Source of the DNA: Hydrolagus colliei
Taxonomy: Eukaryota
Assembly: GCA_035084275.1 (NCBI GenBank)
Contig: CM068750.1
Span: 5,208,001 to 5,272,000 of the forward strand
Length of the DNA stretch: 64,000 nt
Direction of reading: 5' to 3'
Every line of letters begins with the position of its first letter. Position 1 is the stretch's first letter. Shown in pieces: positions 46,406 to 59,300 of the stretch. The notes beneath the pieces were generated by a model. That model had not been told where the DNA came from and did no database searches. It saw only the letters and a program-made list of their open reading frames with translations. Made by a program: the position numbers and the translations under genes.

Positions 46406-47314
46406 TTATACGTTTACATAACACTTAATAAGTAGTGTATTACTATCAACTATTAAAAATTACAATTCAGTCACTTAATACACAATATTGCCTGTCACTA
46501 TTAAGTCTTCTTATACACCACAATATTTACACTCAATACTATGTTCAAGCAGTTAACAGAACTGCTTTAAGAAAATTAAATTGAAATAGAAGCCAAAGGT
46601 TGATTCCAATTACGGTATATGTATAAATGTAGCATTTATTAGGATGTGTGACTTTTTATTTGAAAAACTGAATGGAAAAATGGATGAATGCTCTGATTAA
46701 TACAGAAATATACTTGAATTTCAGTGAAGTGCTACAGTATGCACCAAAATGCAAGTTACTGCCATAAAAGACTACTAAAAATGTCAGACTGTTCCTTCTG
46801 CTCATTCATCTGTTCCACCTTTAGTCACATACTCTTCACCATCTCACAATGACTTACAGCAAGCTTCATTCCCATTAAAACCGTAGTTCATTCCCCCAAA
46901 TTGCAACACAACCACTTAAAATTCATTTCTTCATGGCAAAGCAAACATGCCAAGATCCTTAATTGTTTTATTGCGAGTTAACCTTCGTGCCTACACAATC
47001 TCAATTCTGTTACAACGTTCTCTGAAACCAAGAGTATTACAAGGTTTCTCTTATCATCAATTCCACTAAATATGCAACATTTCCCATAATACTGACATCT
47101 TTAAGTTAATTCCATATTCTGTGTCGGAATTGTTCTTGGAATATCGCAATGCGACTTTGTTCAGAGCAAAAGCACCATAAAGTAAACTACTGCATATCTG
47201 TATCATAGCATATAAATATTTGTATATGTCTCTTCCCAGACATAGATCTTGCACTCTATTGCATCTGTTCTCAGTTGTGACGAAGTCAAGGGTCCAAGCA
47301 CAATAGTAAGCCTC

Positions 47315-47356
47315 TTAAGCCAGAGATCGCTGCCGGGGTTTTATTCTAGGATACAA
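47315..47356 (-). CDS. PPP1R13B: ASPP1 last coding exon [13 protein letters not shown]
   Basis: TTACAG acceptor, TAA stop. Confidence 0.94.
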   Translation of the reverse strand: MYPRIKPRQRSLA

Positions 47357-50300
47357 CTGTAAAACAAACGTACACGGGTGACACATCATTTTAAATTGCT
47401 GTTTAGAGCCATTTTACAGTCAATTGTAGAAATCCTCCAATAGGTTTGATTTCACAAATAGATCAAAGAAACATACAGATCAGTGGACTGTCAAATAACT
47501 TTGCACCAGCCTCTTGTGTAACTACAGATATCTCCTTTTAAGTCTAGGATGTGTTGGTTCAGCTCACAAATGGGCATTGTTAACTGAATCGTCGACATGC
47601 ACAAATATATGTTCTGACTACATGTATGGCTTTCTATTTTGGTCTCTTTCCCTTCTTCTGAAGGTATCTGATAGCATCTTGACTGAAATCAGGTTGAAGG
47701 GGAAAACCTGAGTTAAAGCTGAAAGTGTGAATGTACAGGGATACTGGTGTATATTTCACTTTCAGCAGTCATATATTGGTAATCAGTACATTAGTAATCC
47801 CCGCAAATTCTAACCTCCTTACTCCAACTTATTTCTCCTTGCTAGAATTGATTCAGTGTGTATAAAATCAGTATTTCTAGTTATGTAACTATTCAGGCAA
47901 AGTAAGTCATTGCCCCATCTAGCCTAACCAACTATTTTCCCACGAGACTCCTTTGATGTATTTAGGTTCCAAACACTAGGTTGGTTCAGTAGACAGGAAG
48001 TTGTCTAGGATCTTTATGAAATACTTTGTAGTTTGCTTTCCACCACCTGTGCTGGAAGTCTGGTTCACATGCCAATCAGCCTTTCATTAAAATAAAGGTG
48101 TTTTGAATTTTGTATTCTCTTCGCGGTCATTAATTTATGTACATTTATTAATTTCGACCTCTGATCAAATGCTTTGAGACAACCTACCAATGTGAAAGGC
48201 GCTATATAAATGTAAATTGCAACAATCACTGTCAACTCCTGTTAGAATGTGGTACGGATGTGCATGTTGAACAAGGAAAGAACTGGGTTGCATTTTGCTC
48301 TATTTCCCAGCAATTAGTCTGCTAACATTCACCGACAAGATTCACAAATGAATTCTGGTCACTTGTATGAGGCGACAGAGGGTTTCATAAAGATCCTAGA
48401 CAATATATCTATGGAGATGTACACCAGTAGAAGATAAAAGCCAAAGACGGGTGGCGGGTGGGTGAGGGGTGAAGCGGATGGAATAAAAAAAAAACAGATG
48501 TTTGTATTTACCCCCAACAGATTACGAGGAATGTAGCCTTCCTTGTCATTTAAGCGAGCCCACCACCAATCGGTTTCATGGTCATCTTTACGCCTCAGGA
48601 TTGTCAGAGCGTCTCCTTCGTGAAACGATAACTCATCACCGTTGTTAGCTTCGTAATCCCATAATGCATAAACCATTCCTTTGTTCATGACGCCCATTTT
48701 CTCTTGTACTCCTATTGCGAATTGTGCACTTCAGTTATTTGAGACATGGATGAACGTTTGTAAAAGATGTCCTATTTTTTGCTCCAGATTGGACTCCTTC
48801 CAATCCTTCCAGTCAAGGATATGTTTAAAACTAATAGTGAGGTCTTTTCACAATACTTGTTAATATACTAGTGGCTGGTTCTTCTCCACAAAGGTGAAGA
48901 TTCCAACCGGAATACAGTACAGTTCAAAAGATATTGCTCATCCTCTTGAGCAAGTAAGCCTTCGTGAGTCTCATTTGTGAGGCTGGACAGTGAAGGAAAT
49001 CACAGCCAATCACAGGAGTCATTCCACATCTACCCTCCAGCCCCCACTCCTCTCCTATGGGATAGTGGATACAGGCATATTGAAGGACTAGACACAAAGA
49101 TTTCAGATTTGATTCCCGGCCTTGCTCCAGGACAGTAGTAGGAACGCTACTGTTAGTCAGCACCATGGATTGGAGTGTCAGGCACTCTATGCTGCCAGTG
49201 TCCTACTTCTGTTTGCTCTTCTGCAACAATTCATGGGCAGTTTGTGTAACAATCATTGTGGGGCCTTTGAACAGCGATTGAGAATGAGGCCAATTAACCT
49301 TCCCACTGGAACACCAGCTGACATCAATTTAATTTAACACAGACTAGATTAAATATTGAGGCTACCTACTACCATGTATTTTTCTGCAGACTTGACAATC
49401 TTGTCTTCTCCCCTTATTCACGAGCACTGCTCTGAGACTGAATACCTACTTCAAACTGGTCACTTAGCAGAGTTGGATTAATAACCTAATTACATGTGCA
49501 AAGAATGCTTTATTAGGGGCAAAATCCCCTTAATACACCATTCTTTGCACATATAATTGTAGGAGTTACAAAGGTTACTGGGTACATACCATAAAGGAAT
49601 TGAGAGCACTGTACAAAACATTCTTCCATTTCCTCACACTTATCTGCTGCTGTTTCAACATCACTGATTGTAGAAGCAAATACAGCAGCTCCAGATTCCA
49701 CAAGTAGTTTGCAGAGGTGGACACTGTTGCAAGATGCAGCACAGTGGAGCGGTGTCCTTCAAAAGAACATACAGTCTGAATTAAATTCCAGCTCATTGCA
49801 AGTCTACATATGCTCAAATATGGAAAATATGAGTGGAACCTGTCATTTGAATAATACAATACAAAATTGGTTTCTGACCTGTAGAATAATCCTGCATTTT
49901 AATGATTAGATCTAAAGAAAATAAGTTCAACTTAAACCTCTGTATTGCTTACCATCCGTCACTGTCAGCTGCATTTGCATTTACACCAAAATCAATTAGG
50001 AATTTCACAATATGATGGTGACCAGCGCATACAGCATTGTGTAAGGGTGTAATTCCTTCATCGTTAGGTCTGCTGGGATCATCAACCTGGTCAAGACAAC
50101 ACTGTTTAGTTCTGATTGTATAAAATAACAGTTAAAACTAACATAGTCTAGAATCTAGCAGTTTCAAATCCACTATCTGAGAAATTATGATGCAAAGTTT
50201 AGGCAGAATGCATACCTCGTATATGATCCGCTGCACAAGATCAAATTCTCCCTCTAGAGATGCATCGAGAAGCAGAGCCAGGGGGTCAAACTTCACCCTC

Positions 50301-53300
50301 ATGCCATGACCTGTTCGATCTGAATCTGGCTTTTTTAAGTTTGTACGTTTAGCCTAAGAAAATAAAAGGCGATATGAGAAAAACAATGTGAAGCATTTTC
50401 AGGCATCAAATACTCAGATCAGGTAATAGTCATTTGGTCCACAAAATGCACTTTCTCCACATGATCACCTCATCATTGCCCCCACTTTGAATTACTACAT
50501 GAATTACTAATGCCCTACACTCTTATTCCAATTAAACTTTTAATCAAGCAAAATTATTACGATAATCTTTAAAATGCTTCTCCATAAATGAGCATTCCTC
50601 TTTTTAAAAAAGCTGAAAAAGATTGTGTTCTAAACCACAGGCCAGCTCGCTGTAGGGAATGCAGATTCAGCCCATACAGATTCTATTGTTAGTACCTTTC
50701 ATTTACATTTATAATAAGTGAAACACACAACTTACAACAGGAAATGGTGGTGGTGGCACATCAGGGGGTGGAGCAATTTCCTCCTCTGGTGATCTGCCCT
50801 CCGGTGTAAGGCTTGGCAGCTGCTCGGTTTGAACCACTGCTAGGTTATTGTTATTGTCCTCTAGTGTGGCGGAGATCTCATCGTTGTCTGTGTGAGTCAA
50901 CTCAGAGTGTGGAGGAGATGGTAACTGGTTGTCATTGGCATCTGATGATAGTTGAAGTTCAGGCTGAGCTGTTGGCCCAGGCTGTAGGGAACCAGGTTCT
51001 ACAAGGCTTGTGTTACCATTATCAACATCAGCTAATGCACCTACGTAGTCCTGTGGGTTACTGGGAAGATAAAATGGTGTATTATCCATCCCCCCAGCTA
51101 GTGTATTAAAACGCTGATACAGCAGCTTCTGTATATTTGGACCACTTGGACCTTCTGGCTCAGTTATAGAACTGCGCTTCTTTAGAGGTCTTGGTGCATG
51201 GGCCAGTTTTTTCCTAAGAGCTTCAAGGTCAGCATCACTTTGATAGCGCATTGGTGAGTGGACAATGGGTAAAAGTTTTGTGGGACTGAGAGGCCGTGGG
51301 ATGTTTTCAACATTTGAGTTGTCCCTCGTGGGAGGCAAGCTTTCATGTTCTAGTTCTTTTTCACTGCTGGTTTGGTTTTCGTCACTAGCCTGAGGGTGAG
51401 AACTTTGGGAAGGCTGTTGAGAAAAGGGCAAAGGAGATGGGGAAGCAGAACCGGAACCAGATGGCAATACTGGCTTCCCATACACTGCAAGAAAGAAGGA
51501 AAATCTCTTTAGTGACAACATCCATTACAGATGCAACTGTATCAGATTGGTTCATTTCATTAAACCATCAAAAAACTAAATTACTTACGTGCTTTAACAG
51601 TGTGTGATTTGTTTAGGGTATTATATACAGATTGCTGGTAGTTCTTTGGTGGAGTCGTTTGCTGAAGATACATTGAATAAATGGAACTGGAATTTACAGT
51701 TTGAGGTCCTTTCCGTGGAGATTGAGGTCTTGACCCTCTATCTGTCAAGAATGGTCTTACAGCCACTGCTAGTGGTGGATCAGATCTGTTCTCTCCAGTT
51801 GGGAACAATGGTGAACTGGCAGGGTGATAAGTAGGACTTGGGGGCACAGAGATTCTTTGCTGAATTTGTTGCGAGGCACTAGGCTGAAATGTGTTTACTG
51901 ACTGTGGAGGTTGAATGGATCTCTGCCAGCTTCCTGAACTTAAGTTAGAAACTGAACCCATACTTGGCCACGACTGATTGGGATCTTTCTTTCTTTCCAG
52001 CGAGTTTGTGGATCCAGTGCCCATAAGGGAAGACATTGCATGAGGTCCATAAGCCAGAGGCAGTTGCTTTAGTACATTGGGCACTGGTGATGGTACTTTC
52101 CCAGTTTCAATGCCCTGAATTAAACGAGACAGATATAGTCAATACTTCTGCATTGAGTTGGCCGATTGTATGCAAGTCATACAACCTAAGCATTTGTAAT
52201 CATTGGCCATATTTAAAGATATTAAAATATTGGAGAACAAAGTGGCCTTTGGTGCAAACATATTTAAAAAGCTGAACGAGTGAAAGGATATTTTAACTCA
52301 GTCTACATACTGTAAAGGGTAGCGACTGTATGTTCTGTAGGCAAACAATGCACAAAAGAACCTTTGATATAATATTTAATGCGGAGGCACTTCCATAATC
52401 ACCTAGAACACCATTTCATGGAAAGACCAAAAGTTCACTCATTTGTTTGTATTAGATGTCTTAGCATCCAAAGTCTCTTAACATTTAGCTTTGTATCCTA
52501 CAATTACGATAACTTAAATGCTTTTATCTGGAGCTAACTGTTCTTTAACATGAGGTAGCCAAAATTAAATAGGAAAATAACTTTCATAGTAAATTGAAGC
52601 ATCAAAAAACACTATGAAGTACTGCCAAAACCTACCACCATCTTTTCATTGCTTGGAACAGCTGGGGAAGTGGATGTGGCCTGACTTGATCCACTTCCTG
52701 GCTTCAAAATCGTATCCATGCTGGATTCCTTCCACTCATTGTTGCCTACTGGAGATGGTTTCCCTGTAGTATTACATCCCTGCCCGAGTGTTGGCCAATT
52801 TCCATCATTAGCTGATAAACAGGATATAAAGTGAGTTTACAAGTTAAGTTGATTTTAAAAATGAACGTTTACACATTAAGTTGATTAAAAAAATTAGTAA
52901 ATTACATTTCAAATTGCATTTTTTTCTAAAAAAATGGACACATATCACAAATGGTTAGTAAATTCCAACGCTGTCAAGCTTTCTTATTTGGTCACTGCGA
53001 GTGCAAGGAGAAGAACAGAGGTAGGTTTGCGGAAAATGGATTTACTATTGTTCAAAGTACAATCACTGCAGTCATTTTGAGCATACAAGGAAAATGATAT
53101 CATTTCCTAATGCAGATTACACATGCAAACAGTTGCACTGAACTATAAATTTAATAGTTACTGTTGAATTAATATTAAAACCCATGAACTCAATGACCCC
53201 AAAATTAGTTAAGTTTTGTTATACTGCCAAGGGTAAAAAAAAAATTTGGATTAATTTTTTTTACAAGATAATCAATTCACCATTTGTGCTTCTGCGTTAC

Positions 53301-56300
53301 AAAATAAATACAAATATGTAGTTAATGGTATCATTTATAGTGGTTGCAAATGTTTAAAGTTTTATTGCACAAAATAACTATCAATCTTATTTTAAAGGCA
53401 TAACATAATTCTAACAATAATCTTTACATCCAATGTGACCATATATCATTGAAACATCTCAAAGAGTTTCACAGGAAGCCAGTGGAGGAAAAAGGACAAC
53501 AATAGTCACACACCTTGTGCCTTTCCCAACTCTGCCTTAGAACAGTAAGTGCAGAAATGTGGGGACAAGTTATCCATTTAATCTTCTTTACGTAAGAAAA
53601 TAGTGCAGAACAGAAAGATGGCTAACGCTCAAGGGTAAATTAATGCTATGATAAAATCCAAAAAGATGGGACTTTAGTTCAATTTTACTTTATCCTACAA
53701 AATAAATAAACCATGAGGCGTAAACATAAGATTCTCCAAAATGCAATACTTGTCAGCTCAAATAATTCAGTTTCTACATTTGAACATTTGGAAAATAGAA
53801 ACAAATTGGGTGGAAAGATTTTTTAAAAAGAGACTACTGCAAAAATAAAATTGGAACATTTTAAAATCATAATCTTATTATTTCTTAAATTTGGTTTGCT
53901 GATGTAAAAAGCAGATATTGTGTCACAGAACCAAAGGTCATTCTGGACAAGCTTGGTACTGATACTGCACAAATGTTTCAGTTCAATTGCTTAGGAAAGA
54001 TTACCACTCAAATCCATTTGTCTCAGTTGCAACAAATTTTAACCATCTTGCTCTCGGAACCACTAAGTCTATAGACTGGAAAAATCTCCAGATCATAGCT
54101 ACAAAAAAAAAACTTTCCTCGTGTATTATTAAACATTACTTTAGGATTACTTATAAAACAAAATCTTTATTGCCTGAATTGGTCTTTTCTTCAGTAAAGA
54201 CTTATTCTAGGAGATCAATAACTTTTTTGTGAGATTGCAAATTCAATAAATCACAAGTGTTTTTAGATCTAAATTAAATTTACAATATGACGATAATATT
54301 TTGGGGGAATAAGACATCGCTAGCTGCACAACATGTAAATGCATAACACTGCTGTTCCTCATCGCCATAGCCTTAGATTTCTTGCACTTGCTTCATGAGA
54401 TGTAAAAGGACAGCATTTCCTTTCTCCGAGTAGTATTTTGCCATTATTCCCCGGATCGCCACAAAAGGGCTCTTAATGGAAATGGATATTTTGGGACAGA
54501 GATCAACTTCCGTAAACCTAGAATTGTGCTTTAAAATTTTCATAGCAACATGACATACATTAACATTACAACTGCAATGATTTTACAGCACCATACCACA
54601 ACATTTAATGACAAGGTATTAGTCAAAATGTTTCTGAATGATTTGAGTTTGGGGGAAATTAGAGTTGCAAAAGCTATAGCATTTTATAAATCATATCCTC
54701 ATGCAAAGGATTTATACACAAACATCTGCGTTTGGTTAGATGCACCACAAACAATTTGTTTCAAAGCCCTCAAATAAAAAGCCAGCTTTAATTACGGATG
54801 CAACATTAGGAATTTGTAACACAACCAACTGGGCTAGTTTGCTCGTAAAAAGCAGGATTGTATAAAGACGTACAACTTAAGCATCTGCTTTCAGAGTTTT
54901 TAAAATGCAGGGAAGAGCCAAAGTCAAGACCCGGATCCAAATCAGATACCACCCAGGAGCTGTTCAACTTGCGCTCAATAGTTTCATCTACATATGGAGG
55001 AATAGAAAAGGTAAACAGAAAAATTCAACATTTAGAACTAAATCGTAAAAATCCATCTTGATTTTTCAAATAATAAATTTAAAAGATTGTATCTTTGCAA
55101 ACAAATGTATTAATGCAGTATGGCATTTTGGCTACAAATTAATAACAAATGTTTGAAGTAATACTTTTAAAATGTTTAGAGTAATACTTTTAAAAGTATT
55201 GCTCCAAACATGAAATATGCCATATCTAAGCCAAGCAGAAGGGTTCTCTCGGATATGATTGAATGCTCTATAGCAGAATATTTCTTTAACAAGTTCATAA
55301 CTAGTTCCACAGACTCACAATGTAGTTTGTCAAGGATAGAAGTTGCCAAGTGGATGACACAATGATCTGGAGACTGCAGAGACGCAGTGGAAGAAGACAA
55401 AACAGGATCCACTATGATGTCTAAATCAGAAACTTTCCAAGTGCCTGGAGATTTTTTCCAACACCCATCTGTTTCTGTATGAGAAGCCAAGGTAAACCAA
55501 GTCACCCAGGCACCCAGTGAGAAAGCAAAAGAAAAGTACAAGGACACAAGAGAATAGAATGGTAATAAAATACGTGTTAGATGCAATCTGTAATACTGAT
55601 GTAAAGTTGGAAAATTCAAGAAAGACAAAAATAGAACACAATTAGTCCTCGCTTAACATTGTGTTCTTAAAAAGTGTGACTTTAAGCTAAACAGCATTAA
55701 GCGAACCCACGTAAGAATACCGGACTTTCAGCTTCTATCTACGCCTACACTACCCAAAGTAGTTTGTTTCCACCCACTGGTGAACGACGTAATAGCGAAC
55801 TTCGCAATGTTAAATGGATATATGTTCCCCTTTGTATCAGCAATGTAATAACAAAACAGTGTTGACCGAATCAACGTTAAACGAGGTATATCAGTATACA
55901 CTTTAGTATTTTAGAATCACACAGCTTTGATAAGTTCCAACAGTTCAGGTCTAAGATCATAAAATAAATCAACACAAAGTTCTGCTCAACAATTTCAGTT
56001 TGATGCTTTTAGGAAAGTCGCACCAATTGTTTTCGGAAAAAAATTAACCAAAAAAACTTACCAGATTTTTTTCTAGTTGTAGAAAGACTACCATTGCTCG
56101 TCACAGTGAGAGTCTGAGGCTTCACTGGCTCTGATGTTGATGAAAAGTTGCCTTCTGGTCGATTTAGAGTAGAAACTTGAATGTACGGTCCCACGGCTGC
56201 TACACGGCCTGAGGTATTTGAGACTGGTTGAGGTGATGGTGTCCCATTAATCCGATTCAACTGGAAGGAAAGTGGTTTATATTTAATTCACTCGAATGTC

Positions 56301-59300
56301 CGACTTCAATATAAATTCAATAGATTCGAGTTTTATTTGAAAACTATGTTAGTTATTAAGATTATTAGGCATTACTACCAAAATAATGTACCAGACAAAA
56401 TTATAAATATTGTTTTACTACAGGGGAATGCAACAAAATGTCACAGTAATCACTCTTATTGAATGTTTGAGCAGCTGTTTCATCTCTGCAGAAGTGAATA
56501 TACAGAATCAATTTACACACTAAAATAGGGTGAAAACCCATTGTGAATACAATTATCCCGTTGATATTCTCAGTAATTCCACTGTGTGGAATTATAATAT
56601 TCTCTAGTTACACGTTAAATTATTAACCTCCATAACAGTGAAATTATCCAGTACATGGCTCAAATGCACTAAAAACATAGAAATCAGCAACTTACAGGAA
56701 TATTTTCTTTTTGACGTGCTTCTGTTTTCTTCTTCCACAGGCGTTCACGAAGTTCATGAATTCTTTTGTCCATCATTGTCACTTCCATGTTGCGTTTGTT
56801 AAGAAGCTCCTTTTGCTGCTGAAGCTTAGCATTTTGTTCCTGATTAAGCTTGTTGCGAATCTAAGGCAAAGAGACTATTTTAATTTCTCATCAACAGATT
56901 GTGAAAACAATCACTAAAGCTCAACAGCTGGATAGGAAAGGAAGGAATGCAAACTTCAACATCACAATTCCACTGCACAATGCATTTAAAGGATAGATGA
57001 TGTGTAGATTGTTCACGGCAGCTTTTCATCAACAAGGCATGACTGAAGAAAGTCCTTTGGCTCATTTGATCTCCCCTTACCAGTACACCAACTCCATTGT
57101 TTTCCCATTAACCATTCAACTGCTTTTTTTAAAATAAAAAACTGTCTCAACCATCTGTCCAGCAGGCGAATACCCCCATGTAAAGGAATTTTCCCAGTGT
57201 CAATCCTAAATTTGCCGCTCAAATCTATGATTATTACCCATGGAGAAGCAATCCATCAATCAGCTAAAAAAAAATGGAATCCTACTTATTGCTAAGTAAA
57301 CAACGGCCTGTGGAGTAAGAAAAGTTGTCCAATGTTTTGCCCTGCTTGGGAATCAAACCCAGGTCCACTCAATTATAAGAGCGCTCTAACCACTAAACTA
57401 CAGGACTTTTGCAATGAAAATACAATCAACCATCAAGTGAGCTATTTTAAATCAGGATTTTTAAAATCAGGATGTTAAAAGCACAGTATACATTTAACAA
57501 GAAAACACTACTCATTCTAATGACAAATACATATCTTAAAGTTTACTTAATAGAAAAACAGCCAGACACTTTTATATTGCTCTAAAACCCATTATAATAA
57601 ATCTGGGTATTGAAATTAAGTAATTTTCTAGACTTCACCTGCAGTTCTTGATATAGTTTCTTTAGTTCAACTGCAGCAGGTCCTGACATTTGTCCATTGT
57701 ACGATTGCAGCCCATTTGTTTTTCCTTTCCTTATATCCTCCAGCTGCTGTGATAACTGATCAACTTTAAGTACAGCTGATTGTAATTCTCGCTGTTTCTC
57801 ATGAAACATAGCATTGATATGCTCAATTTCAGCTGCTATTAGAAGAAAAGAGAAAAACTAATCACCTGAAAGCAGCAAGTATAAAAGAAGGAAATTGTTT
57901 AAGGAGACATTCCAGCGTCAACTTTTTTGGAGGGATATTTTGTAAACAAATAGCACAAATATAAAATTTTGAATAACTTCCTGTAGTAAATAAACCTTGT
58001 CAGGAAAATAAACTAAATAATTACAACTAATAAAAACAGAATTCAATTAACCCCCAGTATCAAAAACAAATACTCACAGAGATTGCCATTGATAATTTTG
58101 CTGTAGTCCACTTGTCCTCGCATGGCTCGGATCTTCTTCAGTTTCGCTTCTTGGCTCTCCATACGTTCTTTCAGTTTCTGTAGTTTGTCGCTTTCTGAAA
58201 TGGACTGGTGCTGACGTCTCTCCTGCTGTTTCAGATAGCGTAAGCGCTGCTCCTTTGAGGAGTTAGAAGGGAACACAAACACAAAAAGGCAATCACTGGT
58301 TTTGCTTTTGATATTTCTCATCTGGTTAAGTCAATAATTGAAACCTCAATTTCTAGCTTGAATTTGATGAGCTTGAATGGGAAGAGGGTAACACACACTA
58401 TTACTTGTTCAACTCATCTTAAGAAGTGACAAGTCAGTGTTAAAACAGTCGAAGTTTGTGTATATGCAGGGGAAGAGAGAGAGAGAATGACAATTTGTAA
58501 ATTTCCAATTAAATTATGACATGCATAGTAACAATATAATGAACTAAATAATTAATCAGATCCAGTTTGTGGATCAGTTTGGCTACAATCATTTCAGCCT
58601 CTCCATCTACCTTCCATTTCCTTGTGAAGTCAGTAACTGATGCCGTGAAGTTATTATTGCTAAAATATTCTTCAAATTTCAACCTGGGCAATGAATGATG
58701 GCAGATTAAACCAGGAGGGTTTCACAGCTCATCCTTCATCAGTATACATGCAAATACAGGCAAGCCTTTGTCTGAAACTTTGAATTATGTACTTAGAGTA
58801 ACATTTTTGTAGATTTACCACAACACAACCTATCTAGATGTCAATATCAGCACAAATAAAAGTAGGTGAAAACTTTGTTTATTTTCCTGTTTGATTGCAT
58901 TGGATATCCACACTGCAGCTTTTTCCTCCAGTCTCCCTGAAAGCAGTGTTTAGCCTGTTTCAAAATGCCACCACCACTCAGATTTATCAGTTTCCCCAAA
59001 GAAAACAAGAAGTTCCTGTGTGTAAAACTGTGTGCTCTGATAAGAAGTTCTGTACAAGTTGCTTAAAAAGTACATCTCCTCCAATTACAACCTTTACTTC
59101 CTCTACTATGAAGTTGTTGAAAACAATTAAGATTTTTTCTGAGCTAATGACACTTCAAATGACTGAGATATCCAAATGTATTTTTTAGTGCTCATTATGA
59201 TTAATCACAACTTCCAATTATTTAACATTCTCACTTGTATGTTTCAGACATTGTATACCAAGCAATGAACAATGTTACAATGTTAAACAAAGAAAATTCT

